From the IMG/VR virus record IMGVR_UViG_3300025237_000002, positions 32,001 to 96,000 of that record: a stretch of 64,000 bases of DNA; one strand, written 5' to 3'. Origin of the DNA: a virus. The position numbers and the translations under genes are program-made. The first letter of the stretch is position 1. Each line of letters opens with the position of its first letter. Below the pieces are notes generated by a model, which saw nothing but the letters and a program-made list of their open reading frames with translations, had not been told where the DNA came from and made no database searches. Below, in pieces: positions 56,850 through 64,000 of this stretch.

Positions 56850-57296
56850 ATGCCAGAAGATATAGCCAAATTAGAAAAAGAATTAGCTTGGTATAAAGCA
56901 TATGCCGACCACATTCAATCAACAAATCCTAGAGAGCATAATTGCGCTTGTGAAGTTGCTGATGATATAACAGATGATACAGAATATCCTTATTCTGAGG
57001 GAGATGATTATTGGACACTTCAAGAACCCGCTGAACTAGAATATGAAGACAATTCTGGATTTTTCCAGAATGGGATTGTGGCTATTCAGAGCTGTTGGGA
57101 TGACCAAAGCAAAGACTTTCACAGAGAGGACAGCGAAAGATTATATTTCAATTCCTTAGAAGAGGTACTAAAGCATTCGAGTTATAGGTATGAGTTTATC
57201 AAAGTTGAATGTTTTGATAGTGCCTATGAAGACATTGATGATGGTGACTATTTTGTTGCTGTTGAAGAAACAGGTAAATTTCAAAAATCATATTAA
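56850..57296 (+). CDS. acidic hypothetical protein
   Basis: 148 aa; repeat leader. Confidence 0.7.
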   Translation: MPEDIAKLEKELAWYKAYADHIQSTNPREHNCACEVADDITDDTEYPYSEGDDYWTLQEPAELEYEDNSGFFQNGIVAIQSCWDDQSKDFHREDSERLYFNSLEEVLKHSSYRYEFIKVECFDSAYEDIDDGDYFVAVEETGKFQKSY

Positions 57297-57297
57297 G

Positions 57298-57528
57298 ATG
57301 GCAAAAATAATATATAAGAGAGTATTCCAGATGGGATTTGATATTGCTGAAGGTGATGTGCCTGATGGTGAAAGTGAGTCGTTATTTAACGCAATAACCA
57401 ATTTAATTGATAATTTCTATGATATTAACGGCAAGCGAGTTGAATTCATGTCGGTTGGTTGTGATAACTCAGAAGACATGAGTCATGCTTATGGTGAAAG
57501 AGAAATGGCTGAAATAAATAAGAATTAA
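57298..57528 (+). CDS. hypothetical protein
   Basis: ATG 57298. Confidence 0.6.
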   Translation: MAKIIYKRVFQMGFDIAEGDVPDGESESLFNAITNLIDNFYDINGKRVEFMSVGCDNSEDMSHAYGEREMAEINKN

Positions 57529-57555
57529 TCCAATAATTAGTTGTATCTTTGTATT

Positions 57556-57747
57556 ATGGAAGAACCAGTAGATTTATTCGAGCAATACGAAACGTTACCA
57601 CAAGAGGTACAAGACATCTTATTAGAATTTGGTGATACTTGTGGTTATATAGAATGTGATGAATTATTACAAAAATTGAAACCTTTAGGTTATACCTTTG
57701 AGTATGGATTATCAGGTGAGCCTTATGATTTAACTAAGATAAATTAA
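57556..57747 (+). CDS. hypothetical protein (probably leaderless mRNA)
   Basis: DLFE.YE.LP...GYTFEYGL..EPY; ATG 4 nt after TATCTTTG. Confidence 0.65.
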   Translation: MEEPVDLFEQYETLPQEVQDILLEFGDTCGYIECDELLQKLKPLGYTFEYGLSGEPYDLTKIN

Positions 57748-57778
57748 GATTACAAGTTTAACTAAAAACCAAACCACA

Positions 57779-58237
57779 ATGATTTACGTATTAAGAGCCG
57801 TTAATGGCATAAGTATAAATGGAAAGGAATTCTTATTGGACGACAAAGGTCAACCATTAGAATTTAATGATACACGCCAAGCTAAGGACTTCCTTAGAGA
57901 TAATGGTGTTGATTTAACAGACGATGAGATGGAAGATAGTTTCCACTTTGAGGATAAAGAACTTCACAAGATACCAGTAAAAAATATCATATTCGTGTTT
58001 ACAGTACAAGATGGTGATTCGCAAAGAACTGAATACCAGACAGAAGAGGTGGACGCTAAATTGACGGATGAAGAGATTGATGCAAGAGGTGATGAACTTA
58101 ATAGGATGAACTTTCCAAGTGAGGAATTATCCAAGGGGTTTTTCTGGGACTCTTCATGGGAGACAGCGGGATGCTATTCTAGGTTTGTAGAGTTACCAGA
58201 TACAGAGTCTTTCAAGATAATCCAGGGAATTATCTAA
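57779..58237 (+). CDS. hypothetical protein
   Basis: NGISING.EFLLD motif. Confidence 0.7.
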   Translation: MIYVLRAVNGISINGKEFLLDDKGQPLEFNDTRQAKDFLRDNGVDLTDDEMEDSFHFEDKELHKIPVKNIIFVFTVQDGDSQRTEYQTEEVDAKLTDEEIDARGDELNRMNFPSEELSKGFFWDSSWETAGCYSRFVELPDTESFKIIQGII

Positions 58238-58297
58238 AAATGTTTGGTAGTCTCGAAGATAACTCTTATCTTTGCAGAGAACAAAACAATCATACGA

Positions 58298-59188
58298 ATG
58301 AAATACAAAATTCCAAAAAACTTATTATCAACTCAAAACAGCAAAACTGTAAAGGGTGAAAAGTTTGGGTACACTACGTACATTATGTACTTAGCACCAC
58401 ACAAACAAAACTCTAAAGGGGTTAACCTTTGTGCCAAGGCTACAAAGGGCTGTGCCGAAGCTTGTTTATTTAAGTCAGGAGCTGCAAGGTTCGACCAAGT
58501 ACAACAAGGTAAAATTAATAAGACCGAATATTTCTTAGCAAACCGTAGACTTTTTATGTCACAATTGGCAAATGAAATTAAAGGTATTGAACATAAGCAT
58601 TCAATCGTTGAAGGTGAGAAGGTTTTATCATTCAACAAATCAGTATTGCGATATAAGAACTTTGCAATCCGTTTGAACGGTACAAGTGATTTTCCTTTTG
58701 AGAATTTAAGAATTTTCAAACGTACTGCGACTGGTGAAATTTGGACGTATAAAAAGCCAAGTAAGAACTTGTTAAACATCTTCGAATTGTTTCCTGAAAT
58801 TCAGTTTTACGATTACACGAAATTAGACAAGAGATTTAGCAAAATTCAATCTCGTAACTATCACTTAACATTTTCAAGAAGTGAAGATAACCAAGTTGAA
58901 AGTGTAGACTTATTAAATAGAGGTTACAATGTAGCTGTAGTATTTGGTATTAAAGATGAAAGCGACTTACCTAATGAATATTTAGGGTTTCCAGTAGTAA
59001 ATGGAGATGAAAGCGATTTACGTTTCTTAGATGAAGGTAATGTAATTGTAGGGCTTAAATATAAGCTTATGACTGGTAAAGGAACAGCGGGGCAAAATGC
59101 AATTATGTTAAGAGACAATCCGTTTATAGTTGGGGCTGCAGATTTTGACAAACCTAAAAAAGAATTGGTTAAAAGTTTGGTAGAGTAG
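58298..59188 (+). CDS. GP88-like phage protein (radical-SAM-like Cys motif)
   Basis: LAP, NLC..AT.GC...CL..SG, RLNGTSD, FYDYTK, YHLTFS, NGDESDLRFLD. Confidence 0.75.
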   Translation: MKYKIPKNLLSTQNSKTVKGEKFGYTTYIMYLAPHKQNSKGVNLCAKATKGCAEACLFKSGAARFDQVQQGKINKTEYFLANRRLFMSQLANEIKGIEHKHSIVEGEKVLSFNKSVLRYKNFAIRLNGTSDFPFENLRIFKRTATGEIWTYKKPSKNLLNIFELFPEIQFYDYTKLDKRFSKIQSRNYHLTFSRSEDNQVESVDLLNRGYNVAVVFGIKDESDLPNEYLGFPVVNGDESDLRFLDEGNVIVGLKYKLMTGKGTAGQNAIMLRDNPFIVGAADFDKPKKELVKSLVE

Positions 59189-59276
59189 AATAAAAGTATT
59201 ATCTTTGTATCGGTGAAAGCATTAAGTTAGTAACCGATTTAACTAAAATTAAACCACACATCTTAAATTAGATAAA

Positions 59277-59660
59277 ATGAAATTTACATACACAAACTCA
59301 ACAAATACAATCTGGACCTCCTTTGACTGTGGTGAGGTTGAAGCGAATAACCATCACGAAGCTTTAATTAAAGCTGAAGCTGAACTACAGGTGAAATTAG
59401 ATATCGTCAACGCTGCACTAGCTGCTAATCCAGAAACAAGAGGGGTGACCATTGAGATGAACATGGATAACATAGAAGTTACCCCAGTGAAGAGTTTCAA
59501 TCACGTAATGAATTTCAATTTCACAGTTGAATCGGATTCTGAAGACGCACCTAACACGAATGAAATTCGAAATGGTCTCACCAAGGGTATTGATGCCCTG
59601 AAGAATGACCCTATCGAGCTTTTAGAACGGACCGTAATTACGGATACAGTCGAAAGTTAA
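59277..59660 (+). CDS. hypothetical protein
   Basis: promoter at 59200 and repeat leader. Confidence 0.7.
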   Translation: MKFTYTNSTNTIWTSFDCGEVEANNHHEALIKAEAELQVKLDIVNAALAANPETRGVTIEMNMDNIEVTPVKSFNHVMNFNFTVESDSEDAPNTNEIRNGLTKGIDALKNDPIELLERTVITDTVES

Positions 59661-59668
59661 CAATATTA

Positions 59669-59742
59669 GGACCTATGGTATGAGGGTGCCATGGGTCCAG
59701 CGGTATAAGCAGCTGGTCGAAGCTTGAAAACTACAGACCGTT
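59669..59742 (+). ncRNA. candidate structured 3' RNA element
   Basis: 12-bp stem 59669-59680/59687-59698; AGCGGT/ACCGTT stem; precedes terminator. Confidence 0.4.
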
Positions 59743-59754
59743 TTAGTTAAACAT

Positions 59755-59788
59755 GTGGTCTGGGGTGGTTCCCAGACCACTTTTTTTT
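59755..59788 (+). terminator. intrinsic terminator
   Basis: GTGGTCTGGG-GTGGTT-CCCAGACCAC-T8. Confidence 0.92.
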
Positions 59789-59843
59789 GTTTATATTTGG
59801 TGGTTACAAATAAAAGTTGTATCTTTGTATTAAATAAAACACA

Positions 59844-60095
59844 ATGACAGTTAATCACAATGAATACCGTTTATTTGAATATAATAATAACCCATCACAT
59901 GGTGATAAATATATCTTAGGAGATGTAGTTATTACTGAAGAAAATGGTGAAGAACAAATTGGGGTTATCATTCAATGTCACGGTAAAGATGAGTATCGAA
60001 CCGACCAATTTGGTAATACTTGTGCTGACTTAATTCGTTTGGCAACGGATAAGGAGATTCACAAAATAAAACCAGAATTATTTAAAACTAGATAA
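59844..60095 (+). CDS. hypothetical protein
   Basis: promoter at 59820. Confidence 0.65.
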   Translation: MTVNHNEYRLFEYNNNPSHGDKYILGDVVITEENGEEQIGVIIQCHGKDEYRTDQFGNTCADLIRLATDKEIHKIKPELFKTR

Positions 60096-60096
60096 T

Positions 60097-60315
60097 ATGA
60101 ATATTATAGACGAACTAATCACTATTGGTAACTGGGCTAAAAGCTGTAAGACCAAAGAGCAGTTAATGTTAGTTAAAAGATTTCTAGATAAGAAAGCTAC
60201 ATCACCTCACACTAAATTCCCAAAACACTTAGCAGTTAAGGTACATTATAATTTAGGTATTGTTGATGGCATTATTTTAACTTTATCTAAAACAAGATTT
60301 GGTGAATCCAAATAA
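60097..60315 (+). CDS. hypothetical protein
   Basis: 72 aa. Confidence 0.6.
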   Translation: MNIIDELITIGNWAKSCKTKEQLMLVKRFLDKKATSPHTKFPKHLAVKVHYNLGIVDGIILTLSKTRFGESK

Positions 60316-60357
60316 AAGTTGTATCTTTGCAATATGTTTAATTAAAACCAAACCACA

Positions 60358-60573
60358 ATGGCACAAGGACAAAAACAATACTTAGTAAAATGGGAGATTG
60401 ACATAACAGCAAGCTCACCACAAGAGGCTGCAAAGCAAGCCCTTGAAATCCAACGAGATAAAAATTCAGAAGCTCTAATGTTTGATGTACTCGAACAGGC
60501 TACTAATTCAGAGACGGCTGTTAGCTTACTGGGTGAATTTCATAAAGAGAACGGGCTTATTGAATTACCTTAA
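60358..60573 (+). CDS. hypothetical phage protein
   Basis: Y.V.WEIDI.A.SP.EAA..A..IQRD..S.A..F.V. Confidence 0.7.
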   Translation: MAQGQKQYLVKWEIDITASSPQEAAKQALEIQRDKNSEALMFDVLEQATNSETAVSLLGEFHKENGLIELP

Positions 60574-60651
60574 GTTTATCTAAAACAAGATTTGGTAGAT
60601 TAAAATAAAAGTTGTATATTTGAATATGTTTAATTAAAACCACAAACCACA

Positions 60652-60861
60652 ATGTCAACAAGAATTGATAAAATGTTAGACCTTATTTGTTTTAATCACG
60701 AAAAGGATGCAGTAGTAGAAAGTGCTAAGTTATTAATGAAACTCGATAATATAGAGGATAAAACACAAATGCTTGACCATGTATTGGGAGATGATGAATA
60801 CCCAATTGAGCAATTCGAATATACATTTACAGTTCAGGACTTTTTAACTTATATCACTTAA
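60652..60861 (+). CDS. hypothetical protein
   Basis: promoter at 60615. Confidence 0.65.
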   Translation: MSTRIDKMLDLICFNHEKDAVVESAKLLMKLDNIEDKTQMLDHVLGDDEYPIEQFEYTFTVQDFLTYIT

Positions 60862-60862
60862 T

Positions 60863-61081
60863 ATGAAAGAGCTACAACTAGAGGTGAGGTTATCAATGCA
60901 TGGTGAGTATGAAAATACCCTAACTGTTTGCATTGAGATTCCAAAAGATACAGCTGACGAAAATGAGATGGCTGTTATGATGAAGGAGCTTAATGTCGAG
61001 ATGGCAGATATGTATGACGATTATGAAGAGTGGGAAGATGGTAACATCTCTTGGACTCTTGAAAATTGGGAAGAACTTTAA
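60863..61081 (+). CDS. acidic hypothetical protein
   Basis: 72 aa. Confidence 0.6.
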   Translation: MKELQLEVRLSMHGEYENTLTVCIEIPKDTADENEMAVMMKELNVEMADMYDDYEEWEDGNISWTLENWEEL

Positions 61082-61110
61082 AATTGAATATTAACTTTAA
61101 ATTATATAAA

Positions 61111-61725
61111 ATGAAAAACTTTTTAATGATTGCAGTATTATTATTTACAACAGCTATGATGGCTGAGGTCAAACTACCAGAAATTCGTGAAGTGTTAAAA
61201 CACGTTGAAACAAACTACAATCCTGATGTGATTGGAGACAATGGAACTTCATTTGGGATACTTCAAATTAGACAGATTGCCATTGATGACGTGAATCAGA
61301 AATGCGGTACTAGTTATTCACATGAAGATGCCTTCGATGTCACTTGTTCTGAGGAAATATTCGATTTATATGTTACAATCTGGAGTGATAAGCTGGAGAT
61401 TAGACATGGACGGGAGGCAACAGTTGAAGATATTGTTAGAATCTGGAATGGCGGCCCGAGAGGTTATCAGAAGAATTCAACTAAACATTATTATAATAAA
61501 TTCATTAATTATTCGTATCTTTGTAATATGGCAACTAAATCTGATAATCGAAAATGCTTCGTTGGAGGCAAACTAGGAATCGTTACTAAACGTTATACCC
61601 ACACGGTGGATGTCTTCCTATTCAAATCTAAACGCACAATGTATGGCGTTCATAAGAAATATGTGAAGATGCTTCCAGTTGATTTACCTCTAGTAACGAA
61701 TCAATTCACCATTCAGTTTGGGTAA
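61111..61725 (+). CDS. secreted lysozyme-like protein (destabilase/lytic transglycosylase-like) with C-terminal extension
   Basis: signal MKNFLMIAVLLFTTAMMA; VET...GD.G.SFG.LQI; IWNGGP.G. Confidence 0.75.
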   Translation: MKNFLMIAVLLFTTAMMAEVKLPEIREVLKHVETNYNPDVIGDNGTSFGILQIRQIAIDDVNQKCGTSYSHEDAFDVTCSEEIFDLYVTIWSDKLEIRHGREATVEDIVRIWNGGPRGYQKNSTKHYYNKFINYSYLCNMATKSDNRKCFVGGKLGIVTKRYTHTVDVFLFKSKRTMYGVHKKYVKMLPVDLPLVTNQFTIQFG

Positions 61726-61918
61726 TTATAAGCGAGATACTGTCATCTATAAATTCAAGCACGAGATTCTATTGAACCGTGAGTTGAAAGAGTTCCAACG
61801 AATTCTCTTATGGAGGGCTTATCTCTTGACATTACTTAGTATTAAGAAGCTTACAAAACACCAAGCCAACACTTGGAAATATCCAAAGGAATTAACTAAC
61901 TTAAATAAGACAAAATAA
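61718..61918 (+). CDS. hypothetical protein
   Basis: 66 aa, TTG start overlapping upstream gene. Confidence 0.5.
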   Translation: MGNYKRDTVIYKFKHEILLNRELKEFQRILLWRAYLLTLLSIKKLTKHQANTWKYPKELTNLNKTK

Positions 61919-61921
61919 TAT

Positions 61922-62128
61922 ATGGCTCACAAACCACACACATCAGCAGAAATCAATCAGAATCATATCGAGAGAACTCTCAAGAAATTAGAGAAGGGTC
62001 AAATAACAGTTCAGGAATGTAACTTGAATAAAAGATTTGACCGACTCAAGAAAGATAGTGAACCTTGGTACGATGAGTTGTATGGAAAGTATGTGGCAAT
62101 TGTTCGAAAGAAGTCAATGGCATACTAA
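61922..62128 (+). CDS. hypothetical protein
   Basis: 68 aa, ends before terminator. Confidence 0.65.
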   Translation: MAHKPHTSAEINQNHIERTLKKLEKGQITVQECNLNKRFDRLKKDSEPWYDELYGKYVAIVRKKSMAY

Positions 62129-62148
62129 GTTAGGAAAACATAAGATAT

Positions 62149-62181
62149 AAAAAAAGCCTCTAAATTATTAGAGGCTTTTTT
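62149..62181. terminator. bidirectional intrinsic terminator
   Basis: A7-GCCTCTAA-ATTA-TTAGAGGC-T6 between convergent genes. Confidence 0.9.
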
Positions 62182-62200
62182 CGTACACAATTGTGTTTGG

Positions 62201-62707
62201 CTAGAACTTATAACCCGCTAGGTTAGTGTTTAAAACCTTACCACCTTCCCGAACAATCTTGTCCAATGAGGTTTGAAGTTTCAATTGACCTTGAGGTAAT
62301 TTCTTCATCTTAGCAATTGACATATTCCAACTAAGAATACGTTTCTTACCATCAGACGCTTGAAAGTAAATTCCTTTGTTGGAGTTCTTGGTAGTGTCTT
62401 TCTTTTCCAACCACACTTGAAATAACTCATCTACCTGAACCTCTAAGTCAGACTCAATAATAAAAGGTTCTCCATTTGAACCTTTGGTTAAACCCGTGTT
62501 GATACTTGGTAATGATTTAGCATAAGCTTCAGCTTCAGCTAATTGACTTCTCATTCCCTCATGAGGCATAATATGAGTGCAACCACCATGACCATCATTT
62601 TTTGCATAACCCATTTTCTTGCCGTTGAAATAAACATCAGCAGTAAATGCATTGGTCTCTTCAGACATTTGTTCTGAAAAGTAAACTTTCTTCAATTGTA
62701 ATTTCAT
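62201..62707 (-). CDS. hypothetical phage protein
   Basis: SEETNAF.A...NDGHGG; promoter at 62736-62743 (-). Confidence 0.75.
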   Translation of the reverse strand: MKLQLKKVYFSEQMSEETNAFTADVYFNGKKMGYAKNDGHGGCTHIMPHEGMRSQLAEAEAYAKSLPSINTGLTKGSNGEPFIIESDLEVQVDELFQVWLEKKDTTKNSNKGIYFQASDGKKRILSWNMSIAKMKKLPQGQLKLQTSLDKIVREGGKVLNTNLAGYKF

Positions 62708-62768
62708 ATAAAGTTATTTTAGATTAAACATAATGCAAATATACAACTTATATTTGATTCTACCAAAT

Positions 62769-62801
62769 AAAAAAAGCCACCTGAATTAACAGGTAGCTTT
62801 T
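62769..62801 (-). terminator. intrinsic terminator
   Basis: minus strand GCTACCTG-TTAATT-CAGGTGGC-T7. Confidence 0.85.
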
Positions 62802-62906
62802 AATCGCAATGCTCGTATTTTTGAAGTGCATACATTCACTAACGGTACACTTTTAATCGCAATGCTCGTATTTTTGAAGTGCATACATTCACTAACGGTA
62901 CACTTT
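62797..62906. repeat. exact 53-bp tandem duplication
   Basis: CTTTTAATCGCAATGCTCGTATTTTTGAAGTGCATACATTCACTAACGGTACA x2. Confidence 0.95.
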
Positions 62907-63129
62907 ATATTGGTAGCCTTGTTTATCCCTTCTATCCACAGTCTACTATTCTAACTATCGAGGTCTTTCACTCTGTCAAACAGGTTAGTGTATAACTGCT
63001 CAGTGGTTCTGGAATTGCTTAGTCCGTCTTCTCAGATTTTACAACGGATACTACAGCGTAAAGATACTACATTATATCCAGATAAACAAGTTTGAATGGA
63101 TTTACTTTTGCCATCTTGTTTTGTTTAAA

Positions 63130-63711
63130 TTAAGTTATCTCCGTACACTTTTGTGTTAGGGCTTGGTCGATAACGCTTTTAGCTTCAGCTATCATATCTT
63201 CTTGCCCATCGTCCCCATAATATCCCCAGCAACTATCAATATCTTCACCGTCTTTGGTTATGTTATATCCATACACCTCACCACAAAGGTAAGAGTCATA
63301 TAGTTTCACATTGCTAATCAAATCTTCTAGAATAGTCTTTCCAGCCGCTTTTTCATAACCCTTAACGGATTTATATCCCCATTCTTTAAGGCACGCTTTA
63401 TTGACAAATACGAAGCCAATTTGCCCACTATCCCAACGACAAGAATATCCAATAGTATTAATAGTAATACCACTATGGTCGTACATATAAACTGGTAAGA
63501 CTGCAAGTGCTTTATACTTTTTAATAAGAGCTTCTTTGAATTCATCCCAACTGTTATAGTCATCGGCAGATAAGTCAGTATCGTTTTGCAAAGAGTATCT
63601 ACTATGTGATAAAGCGTATAATGCGTTACCGTCATATTCTGCAATAGGGTTTTCAGGATTTAAGTCCTGTTCGATTTTAATCTCGTAACCTTTGTAATTG
63701 ATTGTATCCAT
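63130..63711 (-). CDS. conserved phage hypothetical protein
   Basis: YMYDHSG, WDSGQIG, GEVYGY, DSCWGYYG; promoter at 63732-63739 (-). Confidence 0.8.
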   Translation of the reverse strand: MDTINYKGYEIKIEQDLNPENPIAEYDGNALYALSHSRYSLQNDTDLSADDYNSWDEFKEALIKKYKALAVLPVYMYDHSGITINTIGYSCRWDSGQIGFVFVNKACLKEWGYKSVKGYEKAAGKTILEDLISNVKLYDSYLCGEVYGYNITKDGEDIDSCWGYYGDDGQEDMIAEAKSVIDQALTQKCTEIT

Positions 63712-63763
63712 GATTTGATTTGTTTGTTTGACAAAGATAGTGTTAATAATTCAAACTACCAAA

Positions 63764-63955
63764 TTAATTGCTATAAATTGCAAATATCATTGGTTGTATC
63801 TTCTTACCATAATCGGTATACATTATACCATAATGATACAAAAATCCGTCAATTTCAAAACTATCTACCTCATTATCTCCTAAATGACCGTCAAAAAGCC
63901 ATTTTAAAGCCGTTTTCTCGTCATTTGCACCATAACCGATAGTATCTTGTACCAA
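63764..63955 (-). CDS. hypothetical protein, start uncertain near window edge
   Basis: 63 aa ORF co-oriented with neighbour. Confidence 0.45.
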   Translation of the reverse strand: MVQDTIGYGANDEKTALKWLFDGHLGDNEVDSFEIDGFLYHYGIMYTDYGKKIQPMIFAIYSN

Positions 63956-64000
63956 TTCCTTAAAAGCTACCTCAGATTTAAGTGCATGAAGCTCTTCTCT

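Larger units (their letters stand above)
62769..63055 (-). ncRNA. candidate structured ncRNA
   Basis: promoter-like TATCTTTA at 63059-63066 (-), terminator at 62769, no ORF, several helices. Confidence 0.45.

Noticed and set aside
59669-59742. Pistol ribozyme or TPP riboswitch
   Set aside because: The loop TGAGGG has no downstream CCCTCA partner and TPP core motifs are absent
62797-62906. CRISPR repeat or attachment site
   Set aside because: Simple head-to-tail duplication without spacer; no integrase in the window
1-64000. Stop-codon reassignment as in some Bacteroidota phages
   Set aside because: Known enzymes are full length in code 11, and TAG/TGA end genes at expected positions (e.g. 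6343, 26434, 4461)

Overview
AT-rich, gene-dense, almost entirely + strand segment of a large (probably jumbo) dsDNA phage. The host is most likely a Bacteroidota (Flavobacteria-like) bacterium: about 35 copies of the Bacteroidetes housekeeping promoter (TTTG/TTAG-N~20-TAnnTTTG) precede genes, and start codons have A-rich leaders without Shine-Dalgarno sites. Standard genetic code. No structural genes, tRNAs, CRISPR arrays or integrases are recognisable. 0.3-26 kb is a metabolic/counter-defence region. It holds an NAD+/ADP-ribose toolkit (NADAR, macrodomain, Tpt1/KptA, 2H phosphoesterase of the Acb1/gp57B type, NadM-Nudix, NAMPT, Sir2, Prs-family synthetase), tRNA/RNA-maintenance genes (Thg1, CsaA/Trbp111 domain, YqeY, RlmN-like, catalytic-domain-only GluRS, HAD phosphatase), a dNMP kinase, a frameshifted CoaB/aldolase-II fusion and a sigma70 factor. 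26-52 kb is mostly small hypothetical genes plus a thioesterase, HAD, Rieske-like protein and a PEP-utiliser/ATP-grasp protein. 52-54 kb is a largely non-coding hub with phased palindromes and repeats (origin- or terminus-like), opposing promoters and a ~450-nt promoter/terminator-bounded structured RNA candidate. 54-64 kb is an early-type array of small genes with shared promoter/leader repeats. Five unannotated structured-RNA candidates were found by hand pairing. All functional calls come from motif recognition by eye; no searches or folding programs were run.
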